Below are positions 1 through 14,626 of a DNA stretch of 64,000 nucleotides, one piece after another. This DNA comes from Bigelowiella natans CCMP2755 (Eukaryota > Protista > Cercozoa). A program made the translations under genes and the position numbers. Where the stretch lies: assembly GCA_000320545.1 (NCBI GenBank), contig ADNK01000414.1:1-64000 (forward strand), given 5' to 3'. The notes beneath the pieces were generated by a model, which saw only the letters and a list, made by a program, of their open reading frames with translations, did no database searches and was not told where the DNA came from. Every line of letters starts with the position of its first letter. The stretch's first letter is position 1.

Positions 1-1292
1 GGGAGAGGGAATTGAGGAGAATGAGATGTAGAAGAAGGCTTCTGGATCACGGATGATAAGCGTTCATAAATTTCGAATGGCCAAACTAGTATTTATAAAA
101 GCTAAGGTGTCTTCTATCGATCTTCTTTCAAATTGAATGAAAAACACGGCTGATTCTTTATCACATTGCATGCAGCACAGGGATGACATTCAAATCAGAT
201 CAAGTCAAAACGACGACGACGACGACGGACGACGGTGTTATTGTTCTTACGTTCAAATCCACAAGTTCACATGCTCCCAGTAACGATTTTGGCTGCGTCG
301 CCCTCCCTCCCAGCGACACCACCTACAAACGTACACACGGGGCAGGAAAGCGGTGTGGTGGAGGATGCTGTCAGATGTGTGTAGTTCGCACTGCTGTGGC
401 TGAGATGGTAGCTCCGACGACAACAAAGAACACGTGAGAAGTATATCAACAGCATTGAGAAACAAGATCATGGCCAGTAGCACCTCAATCCATGATATTC
501 CAGGCGCGTCACAAGGCAAAGCTCGCTGACCGCTCTGTCGTTGCTTCAGGTTGACCATTAAACCTTATTGGATCGAAAGGAAAGGGGATGTGTAAGCGCT
601 GCGTGTAGATTCCATGCATCGTTTGTGTGTGATGGAAGATCTCATTTTGCTTTTCATACCGTTGGAGAGCCGATATCTCTTCACCCCTTCGTAACATCAC
701 CGTATGCAAGAACAACAAACATGTTAAAAGCAAGGAATGGAGGAGCGGTCACTAGAGTCGAATCTGTGCTGGTGGGAGAAGACATGCGAAACGGTGAAAA
801 CTGCAAATTGATGTAAAGGCCTTCTCATCGAGGGGAAACATGCTATAACTAAAGATAAAGAGAGAGAGAGGCTGTTGTCCACCTGAAGGAGCATACGAGT
901 CTATAAATGTGAAGTTTGGCTTGTAGATTACAGGGGTGGGCAGCTCCTGATTCAAGAGATGGATACGTTACTCAGGGGAATGATGATGATAGGATATCGA
1001 ACAAGAAACGGATGGTGTCGTCTTAAGCACAGTTGTACCCTCTTCTTTTCTGATGGAAGGGTGCACGGGCAGCAAAGTGCGATTGTGTGATTGGTGGGGG
1101 GAGAACGCTGATTGTGACCTTCGACGCATTTTTGTAGTCTTGGTCAGAGAGCGTGTGGGGTAGCATTTTTAACCGAGAATACTCGACCAAAGTGCCGTAT
1201 CTGAGCAAGCAGCAGCCGATGATCAGTGGGTGTGAAGAGCACGAAAAAACTATTCTCCCTCTCATTCCTTGTATTGTGTGTTTCTCTCTCTT

Positions 1293-1334
<42 letters not shown>

Positions 1335-2982
1335 TGTGTGTGTGCGTGTGTGAGTATCTCTGTTGTATTTTCCCTTTGTTCTGTTTGAGTGAGTGTTACG
1401 TACGATGGTAATCCGTCTTCCGCAACAACTCTTTCCCTCCCACGATACGTGGACAGGTGATTGTGCAAGTACCTGTGTATTCACCACATCATTATTTTGA
1501 CTTACTTCACTTACACGGTACGGTGATGATGCAAAAAACAACAGATCTTCATAGAGAACAAACATCGACCTCATTTCTACAACAGGCTCTGGATAGGAGG
1601 GGACAGCCTCTATGCCTCCAGCAGCGTCACTCAAGCCATTAGAATAATAGTCTTCTCCCTCCCCTCCGTCGTATATCCAGTCAACATTTGGACCTTCATC
1701 TCGCATGAACACCTACAGTCGAGGAGAGGCAGGGGGGGGGAAGGGAATGTTAGGCAGGATGGCCAAAAGGATGATAGATCAGATAATGAAGAGGGGGAAG
1801 AAAACAGTGGTGAAAATGAAGAATTCAGATCATTCTGTAACGTATCCCCCCCCCCCCCCCCCCGAAATATGCATTTGATCACACACACACACACACACAC
1901 ACACGCAAACACATGTGCACATATTCATAATCTATGAGAAATGGGGGCTCATATGGAAATCCTAACGAGCAAATCGCCCTCAAGAGTGTGTATTATTTCG
2001 GTTTTGAGTTGTTGTTGGTGGCGGTGGTACGTCCTCGGCGTGGATGACTTGCTGGAAGCCCAATGGAGCAATCACGGCATCTAAAACCTGCAGAAGGAAG
2101 AAAACCGGCGATTATATGATTTTGATACGATGGAGAACGAACGAGCATACTCGTAAACGACGTCAACGCTACTATTCCGCTGATGAAATCATAATCCTTC
2201 TCTTAATCATATCAAGCGCACTTAGCAACATCTAAATTATATTGCTTAAAAGTGTGCGCTTTGGCGGCGAGTACCTTATTCACCAGCCTAGCAAGCGAGG
2301 TGTGTGTGATATAAGAACCTGTTACCTGAGAAGAAGATATAATGTGCAGAAGTAAATCCGTTAGTAGTAGTAGTAGTGGTGGTGGTGGTGGTGTGGTGGT
2401 AGTGTGTTAGAGATGTTTATATCATTGCCTACTAAAAGAAATAGAGATCAAAAGGGAACTAAGACTGTGGTGTGTGTGTGTGTGTGTGTGCACTGATGAG
2501 AGAAATATAGAGATAAGCTGCTGCTTACCCCTGCGTCGAATTCATCTCCTCCATAATAATACCGACCGACAGGATCCGTTATCACTACAATGACATCGTT
2601 TGCTTTAGTGAAGAAGAGTGATAAGTATGATAATAATAATAACACTAATAATAATAATAATAACTATAGAGACCAAAAAAATAATAGCAAAACATCGTCA
2701 GCAACAACAAAATTGATGGTGCTGGCACTCCAAATTTCGTGCTCCTGGATGGTATTAGTTGGCTAATATCTTTCGTATTTATCAACAACTGACATGGCGC
2801 TACCTGTAAGAGAAGCAGGAAGTGCCTTGTGGTTATCGTAAGGCGACTTCAAGAACTCCACGCTGTGATTGACGCTCTACCGAAGCATAGTAAGTTGCAG
2901 CATACACAAATATGACTTAACCCTTGATTTCATCCAATGTTACCGACGGAAAATGCATCTTGCGGGGCCTTATGGGTGCATG

Positions 2983-3018
<36 letters not shown>

Positions 3019-3454
3019 CTAGCCCTCCGCAGCCACCATTTGCCGCACATCACACTAATGTGATTTACGCTGCTAACAAAGGCAAGGTAGCAGTACCCGA
3101 ACGAAATGCTTGAATAGAAGCTGGGCTGTGGCCTGACATCGATTGACAAATAGAAGCAGGGAAGAACGTCTCGGGGGGTCAGAGTAGTCGGCTACCGACA
3201 AATGATAATGGTTTATTGTCTTTGCGCTCCTTCGTCAGTTAATTAAAGCCCAGTATTCTCGTTAGAGTAAGGTGTCAACAAATCAGTTTCATGCTCTACC
3301 TGTAGGTGAAGCAAGGCTGGATCCAGCATTCCTAAAAATAATGCGGGGGGGAGGGGGCGGGTTGGTGGTGACCGGCGGGAGAATCGCAACCTTGATGATG
3401 CTCAACATCCCCACTTATTATTAGGATCCTCCTCGAGGTACTATTACTCCTGCT

Positions 3455-3485
<31 letters not shown>

Positions 3486-3692
3486 CACTACTACAACCAC
3501 CACTACCTTCATTGCAGAAAGGGGCCATCACATCGTGCATCTGTGCAGGATCCTAGAAGCAGCAGTAGCAAGCGTAACAAGAGCATTTAACAAGCATTTG
3601 CAGCAGCAGCAGCAGCAACAGGAGCATTATTGAGGTGGAAGGGGATGGGGAACGATGAGTGTGCTGCTTGATGGTACGGCGACAACAGTATC

Positions 3693-3727
<35 letters not shown>

Positions 3728-3944
3728 CAGTAACACCTGGTAAAGATAGTTTGGATCTGTATGATGCGCCATAGCTTCAATCTTGTGGAGCAAGAAAAAG
3801 AGGGCGAGGAGGAGGAAAAATGCATCGATTTTCATATACACCAGCAGCAGCAACAGTAGGAAGAGCCACGCAATGATGCACTCAAACAGGGTCATAAAAC
3901 CACAGCTCACCACGCCTCTTTTAAGTGAATGATTGTATTGCTTC

Positions 3945-3978
<34 letters not shown>

Positions 3979-4503
3979 AATCCCCTCTTCTTTCTTACCA
4001 GCTCTTTCCCATCCTGGTACCCTGCGAATTCTTTCTTTGCTTCCAACACCTGCAGCATTAAACAATAAAAAGTTAGTAATGGCCAGTCACCACAGAAACA
4101 AGAGCCTCCTCCCCCTCCTCCTCGCCACACCCCGCTGCCGTGTTACTCCATCATTCGCTGAACGGGATGAATACAGACAGGCACGATGTGATCCTTTTTG
4201 AGGAAGGATGGCGGTCATATAACCACGCACGTAACAACAAACTGCATGCATGCAGAATCTTCTGTACCATCTTCGCTGTTGTTAGCAGATTTCTTATGAA
4301 CGCCCTGTCCGGCCCTAGCAACACATGATTCTCCTTACAATCAACGCGGGAATACGATGCTATATGAATGTTGAAAACTTTCTCCAAGTTGATAAATGCC
4401 CAAGAGCATGCTAGAATTGCAGAGGCAAAAAAAAAAAGCGTGCGACCTATTTCGGACAGCCTTCTGAGTTCGATCAACAGAATCTCCACGACTCTCCGCC
4501 ATC

Positions 4504-4542
<39 letters not shown>

Positions 4543-4568
4543 TATACGTTGGTGCGGGACAATATTAT

Positions 4569-4607
<39 letters not shown>

Positions 4608-4723
4608 CTTCTGCAAGGCACCTCACTCGGCAGACACAAATCTAACTACATAAAACATGTATGCGTGCGAAAATGTGCCAACACACATAACATTAAATTA
4701 TACGCAAACACATACACACACAT

Positions 4724-4768
<45 letters not shown>

Positions 4769-5105
4769 ATGATATACTTCCACTACTACAGTACCCGCCC
4801 TTCTCAGGATGCCCTCCAACTTTCAAAGACATCTGATTCGAGCAAAACATCACTTGTAAGGCACAGGTTTGCTCCCATTTTGCTGTTATGATAGTATCAT
4901 GCCAAGCGATGACTTTGACCACCACCGCCGCCACCACCACCACCACCTTATGAAACTTCCTCCCCAGTTCGAAAGAGTTCGTCGTTGAGTAAAATAGCTG
5001 GATTTCTGAATGCTGGGAGATCGATTCATGGGAAGCAAGAAGCAAGAAGCAAAGTAAATGGAGCATGATATCCACTGTTAGTGTTCATCGTTTGATATTT
5101 TTAGG

Positions 5106-5173
<68 letters not shown>

Positions 5174-6275
5174 AAATGCGTCGATTATTGCCAAAACTTC
5201 TTTCTCCACCCGTGCTACGAGTCTCTCTGACCTCAACAACAAACCGCAGACTCACCCATTCTCCCACTACTACTACTACTACTACTACTGCTGCTACTAC
5301 TACTACTATTACTACTGCTACTACACTACTACTACTTTATCAGCCGTTTCTTCGAACACCCGACTTGTGAATCGATTGAGCAAATCGGCGTAGAAGGCAT
5401 TATCCAACATGGAGCTGAAATGGCTCTTCGCGTCCTCACCACTGTTACGTCACACACCATCAGTACCCAACTACCAACATGCATCTTTTGCTACTGTCTC
5501 TACCACTACCACCACTACCATAACTACTACTACTACTACTACTACTACCTTGTGTATGGTGAGCTAACAATCAGGGTCAGGTCCAACCCATTAAACTCCT
5601 CACGAGTGAGGATGCTCAAGGGCTTCGGTTTTGGAAGAAGAGGCAGAGGAGATTCTTTTCCCGACTCCTAAACGCCACATTGCCACGGGAAGGAGGAGGA
5701 GGAGGAGGGGGAGGAGAAGAGGGGGGCAGTGAATAAAGAAGATTATGCACGAGCGCGAGGTTTGATAATGCATCGTCGGCCGATTTTGTTGTTGCAATTT
5801 ACCGTCGCCATACTCACCAAAAAGCCAAAAACACACACACTTCATTTAACATCTACTACTCCAACAACACGAATAAAACGCCTAACTATAACTGAGAAAA
5901 TGTCTATCTATCACCTGAAGAAGCATATCTGAAGAAGATGAAGAAGAGGAAGATGATGACGTCTTAGAAGAAGAGGTTTGTTTGTTCGCATTCTCCGAAA
6001 CGGAATTAAGCTCAAGGAGACTCGACGACGTGTCTTTGGCGGTTTCCTGGTAACGGCCATGCTTTTGTATATTGTCACTACTATCCTCCTTATGCTCCTT
6101 TGAAGATTCAGCAGTGGGGGCCTTCAGTGAAGTAGTAGTAGCAGTAGTAGTAGCAGCAGAGGCAGAAGGAGATTCTTCCAAGCTTGTGCTCTCCCCCCTG
6201 GATGCTTGACCTATACATCGTATCGTACACCATGAGCAAAAACAGCACAAGAACATTGGCTACCTTCAGTCGCTG

Positions 6276-6306
<31 letters not shown>

Positions 6307-6772
6307 GTATATATATATATATATATATATATATAGGCTGTCATGATTGAGCAGCTTGTCCTTTTATCAGTGTTAGGGCATGACCAAGTGAAAGGTGATG
6401 AACGGGGGCGATTAATATGATGAGTCAACGTAGTACCGAATACTCTCGTGATAGCCGCCTTGACGCTCTCCAAATCCAAATTGCCTGCGAAGTGGAGCTG
6501 GAGTCGTGTCGGCCGGTACCACTTTAAGAAGAACTTTTCAACCTAGCAGTAGCAGTAGCAGTAGCAGTAGCAGAAGCAGTAGCAGTGGTGTTCAATGATA
6601 AATGTCATTTTCTTCCAGATGACGTCTTCTTTTTCCTCCGCAAGAAATGATCGCCCGAGCAATAAAAAAGGCCTCTTGATATCATATACTCCTTCTTTCT
6701 CATGCGGCGGTGGTTGTTCGTATTACTTATGAACCAACATACTCATGATGAGCTACTAAAACAACAACAACA

Positions 6773-6803
<31 letters not shown>

Positions 6804-7675
6804 TATTTATGATTGCTTGACTTGCTACCTCAGTAGCTCCGACTCTCCTCATATTCTCTTCTTCATCATCAGCTGCTTCGGTATTCTCGAGGATATGCTC
6901 TTCAATGCTGTTTATACTTCCCCCTCCTCCTCCTCCACTACTGCCGTCCTTGGTCTCGTTCGCATATACCCGTGGCCTCCCTTCCTGTTCCTTCTCTCCG
7001 TAGCTATCCGCAATATTAACGTCGTCGTCATGTTTATCTACAAGCACATACCGTGCGCCAGCAGCAGTTTCAGCAGTACTCGCCTCCTCGCTTCGCCGTT
7101 CGGTACGGTCGCGGTTCCGATGTTTCTGGTGGCCGCGATGGTGCGACGAGGTGGTCTTTTGTTGACGTTGCATCACACGCTCGCAGACGGGCCCTTGAGG
7201 GCCGAAGTGAGAGCACGTCAGCAGTTGGCCAACCTGAGAGGCAGTGATGAACGATCGAACGAACATCGGTGTGTAGAGTGGCCGACCTCGTTAGTAGTAA
7301 TTCAGCACTGATGCTACTACTGATGCTACTACTGATGCTACTTCTGCTGTGCCTGTCTATGCAATGGAGGACAATTCTAGAGGGGGCGGGGTAAGTTGTA
7401 TGTTGTTTGTGCGATCACCATCCATCATTATTGGGCTGCATTGCTAGTAGTAGTAGTAGTAGTAGTAGTAGTAGCAGTAGTAGCAGTAGCAGTAACAACA
7501 ACGATGGAAGATGGTAGTACCAGGCCTCGCCTTGTAAGCTTCTGCACTAGATCACCTGTAAAATGTAGTAAGCAGAATATCAATTATTACGATGCTGCAG
7601 CAGTAGATCCCATTTCCGAATAATAGATAGCACACACCTCTAAGGACCCGCTTTTCCAGAGCAACCTTTGGAGAA

Positions 7676-7714
<39 letters not shown>

Positions 7715-9658
7715 TGAGAGAATGAGAGAATGAGAGAATGAGAGCAGGGGGTTGCCATACCGTAACAACATACCATGACCATCATACAAAGTATAGATCT
7801 AAATCTCAAGCTCGCTGATTAACCGCCTCCTCCTCACCTGAGAATCCACAGGTCTCTGCGACATGGAGACCTCCAAGAGGAGCGCAAGTGTCAGCTCAAG
7901 ATTTGTCAAAGACGCTGGAATATCCGTGAAGACGAAGAGAGTGGACCTGTTACATACATTGCATCAAAGCCATGCTCACCCACGCTCTTTTCATATCTCG
8001 GGCACGACGGTTGTGATGATAATGATGTCGATGAGTATTTATGATGAATCACTGAAGAAGGATTTTACCGCGGTAACGAGTACGTGTGTGCTACTTTTGC
8101 TCCCAGAGATTGAAAGGCAGAGTAGACACCATACCTGCGATTGTACATCACAGGCAGATGGTGAGTAATCAAAAACAGAATGCGCGACAGAGTATTTCAA
8201 CATGCATGTTATTGGGAGCTGCAACCCGGGACTTGGGCAGCACACATGCAAACACACATACATACACACATACACACATTCATACACACACGCCTCATCG
8301 ATGCTCGACTCACCTTGAAGGATACAGATTTGACGAGTCTAGACTGACCTGAAAGTTATCACCACCATCATTATAAAAATCATCGTCATGGGAAAGTTGG
8401 GAATGCAGCTATGTTGGTGTCCCTTTTCATCAGCAACATTCCTTTCCTTCTACATCCTCATCATGCGTTGTCCCTGCCCAGGGGGGGTGCATATAATTCA
8501 CAACCCTTTGTGCTAGAGCGCTAAGTCCAATTTGATCATCGGGATCCGCCAAACTGCCGACTCCTATCCTCAACACGACCTGAGTCAATAATGAAAAACG
8601 AAACATTCATTCATTAATGATCGCAATAGCAACGATAGCGCAAGCGCCGATCCTTCGTATCATATCTTGCTTCATTTGCTAGTGACTTTTGTTATTGATG
8701 TATGGGAAAGAATTTTTTTTTTTTAATTCCCTATCACCGAAAATTTGCCACGTTTATAGGGAGCGTTCATGTAAGAGTAAGAGAAACCGCTCGGGAGTCG
8801 GCCTACGTGCTACACACACACACAAACACAGCTGAGATACATGATGAACACACGTACACACATATGCACATATACAATATACAATAGCAATACAATGTTA
8901 TATTCTTGGTTTAATCAACACTGCTACCATAAGCTTGGACAGCTGGTCTTTACGCGTGAAGTCGACTCGGTATGACGCATTTACGTGAAGATTCACGAAT
9001 ATATATCTTTTCATAAGAAAAGAAGGATAATCGAAAACAAATGCACAGAAAGATCCGCACAAGGTGGTCGCAATGAGATAATTGAGTGTGCAATAATAAT
9101 TATAATAATGACGGTGATGATGGGTGATAATGGCAATGGGCGGATAATAAATAGTCTCCTTAAGTAAGCTGTTGTGTATCTTACGTCAATACGAGGAGGG
9201 TTGTAGTCGCGAAGAGAAATAGCCCAACTGGAATTAAAATATGGGAAGTAGTAGCACACATCAGTATCGATATGTTCTCATTCATACTGAGTTATTTGGT
9301 TACCTATGCCGGAGACTTTCATCCCAATTTCAAAGCTACTTCGCTGACGTCCTTTCGTCTTAAGTGCGCTGCTATCTCTGCCAACCATGCCAAGATGATG
9401 ATCATAAGCAGTAGTATCGTCATGATTCTCATCAGCAACGTCTGGTGCTGTAGCATTTTCTTCTCTGGACAGGTTGTTGGTAGCCTGGCGATTCGAACGG
9501 GGCGGCTCGAGCAAGTGCCACTGGAGTCCTGCATAATTTGGAGAATTATTATTGAGAACTATCGTGGGGGTGAGATTGCCTGTTGTTGTTACTACCTCCA
9601 AAAAGGACGATGCTGCCAGATACAAGAACACACCATGCCAGTAGCTTGTACTCCCCAT
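1..9658 (-). CDS. Multi-exon M16 (insulinase) family protein, similar to stromal processing peptidase/PqqL. The zinc motif is degenerate and the 3' end runs off the window.
   Basis: Spliced exons give GRLPSGFSYSYMNAPYKRGKFS|VVLRIGVGSLADPDDQIGLSALAQR (8579-8505)|VSLDSSNLYPSR|YGVYSAFQSLGAKVAHTYSLPR|STLFVFTDIPASLTNLELTLALL. Later exons give VEKFFLKWYRPTRLQLHFAGNLDLESVKAAITRVF (~6540-6440), EILLIELRRLSEIG (~4490-4445) and GVKRYRLSNG|LMVNLK...|VVSLGGRATQPKSLLGA (~690-270). These segments are collinear with M16B/SPP motifs. The start codon is tentative. Confidence 0.75.
1295..8830. repeat. Dense intronic microsatellites, (CT)n, (GT)n, (AT)n, (TAC)n and (CAT)n, often compound
   Basis: Examples: (CT)n(GT)n at 1295-1352 and 5109-5171, (CA)n at ~4507-4540 followed by (TA)n at ~4577-4604, and (TAC)n at 5267-5335. 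Confidence 0.95.
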
Positions 9659-10393
9659 AATCGCTCAATATAGCTGTGGTAAAATAATCGTGAGGAAAAC
9701 ATTATGAACTCAGTATTTCGAAAGGCCATTTAAACATGCTTTTTACCTCCCACAGCAAAGAAGGTAATCAATCCTGCAAGGATGAGGACCCCGCTAACAT
9801 GGGATCTTGAAACCATCCTAAATCACGTTATCCTGCAGTAAAATCAATTAGATGGCGATTCTATCCCCTTGGTATGTTGCGGCAGACCTTACAGGTGCGT
9901 TAAGCGATCATTAACCAACAAGAAACTGAGTGATATCTATTTTTTCCGATCCTTCCTCTAAAGTTTCTTTCACTTTAGAGATGGCGAGATGGGGGACTCG
10001 CAGAAGGAGAACGGGTAGAAGTAAACGACGCCGTCCGGCGGACGGGCGAGCGTGCGATGGACTTCCCGGTTTAATTCAAAATTTCAAAATAAAGGTAGCA
10101 AAATGGGACATGAATGTATCTGGAAACACATACGAATTTGCCTCTGCGACAACAGTTTGAAAACATTTCTTTGCGATCCTACGCGTAAATTGCCACAACA
10201 CCAGGCAGCCGATAAGAACAAAAAGCATCCGTATTTCCGTTCTCAATTCACATGAATTCTGGAAATGTTGGCCAATTTGGGGGCCTTATCTCTGAAAGGC
10301 TGATACTGCCGGAATTTAAAATCCATTCCCGGCAGATTTGTGACACTGCAACTCGAAGTCTCTCTCGAGATTATTCAGAGATCACAGGCACGA
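9659..10393. promoter_or_regulatory. Head-to-head (probable bidirectional promoter) region between the M16-like gene and ABC-F
   Basis: Lies between two divergent starts and has no microsatellites or palindrome block. May contain 5'UTR introns of the minus gene. Confidence 0.45.
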
Positions 10394-13300
10394 ATGGCTA
10401 TCAGCCGCCCCCTCATTCGAGTACCCCCCTCACACATAAGGAGGCGGAGGACTGACCGTTCAAGTCTCGTAATCCCAATTGCTTGCCTATTCCTCGTCTC
10501 AATTGCATTCACCTTGAACATTTTCCTTGGCGTTCAGTATGAGAAAAATTCTGTCGCAGCGACTACAACGGTACCGAAGACGACGAGGACACTATTTGGT
10601 CTTACGAGAAGCAACTTGATTAGAGAACGTGGAATATATAATCCAACCGAACTTGAGAAGAATTCAGCACATTTTCGAAATGTCTTTCGAGGAAGCTTGG
10701 GAAATATAGCAACAAGAGGTATGATATTATATGTAAACGTTAAATATGAACTTACTCAAAACACATTCACGAACACACAAAAATCGCCAGACCAAATTTT
10801 TTTTCGAATTTGAATTAAATTTTCACAAATAAAAGTATAGTAAATAGTACTTATTGAGAATATTTGGTATCGTTGCTTTATGTTGCTATTCAAAGCCACA
10901 ATCGAGAACGACATAGATATGGAGTTGGAGAGTGGAAACAGTCTGGACGATAATACCGAAGAGCCTTCCAAAGGGAAGAGGAAAAAGAAAAAAGGGAAGG
11001 GAGAGCGCAAAGTCGCTTCAAGCCGCGCGGGATTCGATAATGATAACTCACAGCCGAATTTCCTCTCTATCCAATGTCAAAATATCAGCCACACATACGG
11101 AATCCAAGATGTTCTGGAAAATGTCAACTTTGCTGTGAATACCGGGGATAGACTTGGTCTAGTCGGTGCAAATGGTGGAGGAAAAACGACTCTAGCAAAA
11201 ATTATTGCTGGTGATATTGAGCCCTCCGGAGGCAAGATGGTCTACCAGCCCAAAGATATCCGACTCGCGTTTCTCAGGCAAGAGTTTTGGGATGATTTGG
11301 ATCCAGAGAGGTCTTTGAAGGAGGTAGTAGCAAGCTTGTGATGAATGCCTTCAGATAACTTCAAGAATAAAAAAGAGGATATCTGATAATTTTTGAACAG
11401 GAAATCATGTCTGGTATGGCAAATGAAATGGCGATCCTGAAAGGCATCGAGGAGTGCGAAAAGGAAATGGAGAAAAAAGACGTTCAGGAGGTTCATCCAG
11501 AGAGAGTCCACCCTAATCCCTAAATTCTGAGTGAGCACGTAATCTTAGGACCCGGAAAAGATGCAAGCTGCACTAGATCGCCTAATGGATCTCAATGAAC
11601 GCGCAGAACAGTCGAAGGTTTATCAAATGGAGTCCAGAGTCGACACAGTCAGAAACATGATGGGATTCACTGAGGAAGATCGCGAGATGAAGGTAATTCT
11701 AAAGAAGACACGGAAGCGGAGCTCTGTTGCTTATAGATGATATCAACCATCTTATTTCAGATTCGAATTTCCTTCCAGTAACGTTCTCTTTCCCACTTCT
11801 AATTGCCACGCAGGTGTCGAGTTTCTCGGGTGGTTGGAAGATGCGAATCGGGTTGGCTAAGATTTTGCTTAAAGACCCGAATCTGCTGATACTCGACGAG
11901 CCCACCAATCACCTTGACTTGGCAAGTGTGAATTGGCTTGAGTCTTTCCTCATTGAACAAAAAATCCCTATGGTGAGAAGTCAAAAGGCATAACGATGAC
12001 GACGACGACACGCATGATTCATGTCAATCTATCCCGTGTCTATCTACGTCTTTCCTGCTGCTGTTGCTGCTGCTGTTACTTCTGCTTCATGGAAATAGTA
12101 ATGATAACCATCGCAATCTACTGTCGTCGTCTATGTCTATATCTATGCAGGTGATTGTCAGCCACGACCGTGAGTTTTTGGACAAAGTCTGCACCTCAAT
12201 CGTGGATGTGGAACCCCTAGCACCCGGAGAACCCTCGACAGCAGCCAAGTATGAGGGAAATTACTCCAAATTCCTTAGGCAAAAGAGTCAACGAATTGAC
12301 GAGATGCAGAAAAAATGGGACTTGCAGGTAAACCTATTGCGGACGATGTTCGCAACTTCACAGATCCACCTTGTCCTCTCTCACTCAAACCCTCCAATAT
12401 CATTGCAGCAAAAGAAGGTGAAGGAAATCAAGCAATGGATGCAGAAGTTCCGTAACAATGAGGCGATGTCCACACAGTCAGTAACTACTACAATTCTATA
12501 GATGCTAATGCTGTGCTGCTTTGCTCTCTGAGTGTAATTTCAACACAAAGACGCCTCCCAGAATGAATACATTTTATTTGTATGTATAGAGCTGTGATAG
12601 TTATGTTGATATGATGTTTAACCTTGAACAAACCTATGTTCATCATCATCATCATCATCATAGGTACCAGCAAAGAGAGAGAAAGCTGCGGGACATGCAA
12701 GACCCAAACTCCAAAGAGTAACTAAATAACCTACTACCAGAGTGCAATTGGAGACTACTTTTCGTGTATCATCAACATCATTATGATCATGATCGATCAT
12801 CATCATCGTCATCATCTTTCGTGGTTTGTCCATCCGTTACTCAGATGATGGTGATGATGATAATGATGATAATGATGATAATGGTGCACCAGTAGCTAGC
12901 CTCTCATCGCATAGTCGTTATGGCGAATTGGCCATTGATTGTGTCACTTATTATTCTTGTTGCTCCTCCTACCCCTCCTCCTCCTACTGCTTGCTGCTAC
13001 TGTTACTATTAGCTACGTGCAACGACCGATGAGGATGCAGAAGTTTTTCTTCCGATTCCCTGAACCTCCACGATGCCCTCCAGGACAGATCTTAGGAGTC
13101 TCCAAGATGTCTCATGGATACGGAGAATCACAGCTCTTCGATGAAGCCGAGTTTTCTGCCAGTACGGGCAATAAAATCGCCCTCATTGGGCCAAACGGTC
13201 AGCCCCCTCTCAGCTCCATTCTCTCTCCATGACAACTCCGTTGTCGTCGTCGTTTCTGTGATGATATCACTGCTTATAGACTGCTGCTGAGAAGCATTCG

Positions 13301-14577
13301 TTTGATTGTTAATCCCTTTCGCCATTTTTTGCCACTCACTCACACGGCTATAGGCATGGGCAAGTCTACATTATTTCGATTGATGCAAGGAAAGGAAGAA
13401 GCCAATGACGGTTGTTGGATATGTCGTTCGTTTAGTGAAAAAAGGAACCCATCCACACTGTTCTTGTTACCATTTCCTTTGTCCTTCTCGCCTTGATGAT
13501 GATACCGCTATCCTAATAAAGTGCACATGACGATCAATCGTCGTCAGTCGTCATCGCCATTGTCTCTAAGATGTAAATTGAAGTCATGAACACACCGTGA
13601 TGACTGATTAATAGGTACGGTTGAATGGTATGGCCCTTCCGTGAAAGTCGCCTACTACGACCAAAACCAAGCTGATGCCCTTGAGCTCGACAGAACAGTG
13701 CTGCAAACGGTGAGTGAGTACTACTACAAATATGACGAGAAACAACCGTATCGACGTTATCGACTTCTCCTGATACAGCAGCCCCTCCACATTTGAATCA
13801 AGCACATATCAAAATTTCTATTCCTGATTTGCTAAAAAAGGTTGGAGACGCCGCTCCTTTTGACACGACGACAGAGGAACTCCGCGGCCTTCTCGGTAAC
13901 TATTCCAGTAGAACCAAAATCAGCATCGTTATCTTCATCCTCCTCCTCTCTCCTTCTCCTCCTCCTCCTCCGCATTGCCTGGATCCTTCTAAAGTCAACG
14001 AATATATTGTCTATTCCAGGCCAATTTAAATTCACCGGCGACACAGTATTTAAGAAGATCAAGGTTCTTTCTGGGGGGGAGAAGGCCAGGGTCGCTCTCG
14101 CACAGATGATGCTTACTCCAGCCAACGTAAAACACACATAGGAAATTGAACAATCGATACGGCATATGCAGAGTAATGATGACGATGATGATGATGATAA
14201 TAGAAGCCCAATCGTTCAATCGTCACCACCCACCTCCCCCCATAATACAGGTATTAGTTCTTGATGAGCCCACCAACCATCTCGACATCCCTGCCAAGGA
14301 AATCTTGGAAGAAGCTCTGCAGAAGTAAGGAGCGACAATGCCCCTCTCAAATCGTCCTTTCTTTTTTTGGCTGTGCTACGCTAGATAGAAACTGTTCATC
14401 GGCTTGACGCTGTCATTATTGAACATATATGCATATATATGCATATATAATATACCCAATCGCAGCAGCCAACTAACTAAACCATATCATTAACAACTGT
14501 TTCGTTTGTTTGTTTGTTTCAGCTACCCTGGAACGATAATTTTGAGCTCCCACGATCGATTCTTCATCTCGCAGGTA

Positions 14578-14626
<49 letters not shown>

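Noticed and set aside
1153-8352. Short ORFs with CVCV, SLSL, YIYI or HTHT runs here and throughout the window
   Set aside because: They are translations of intronic dinucleotide microsatellites.
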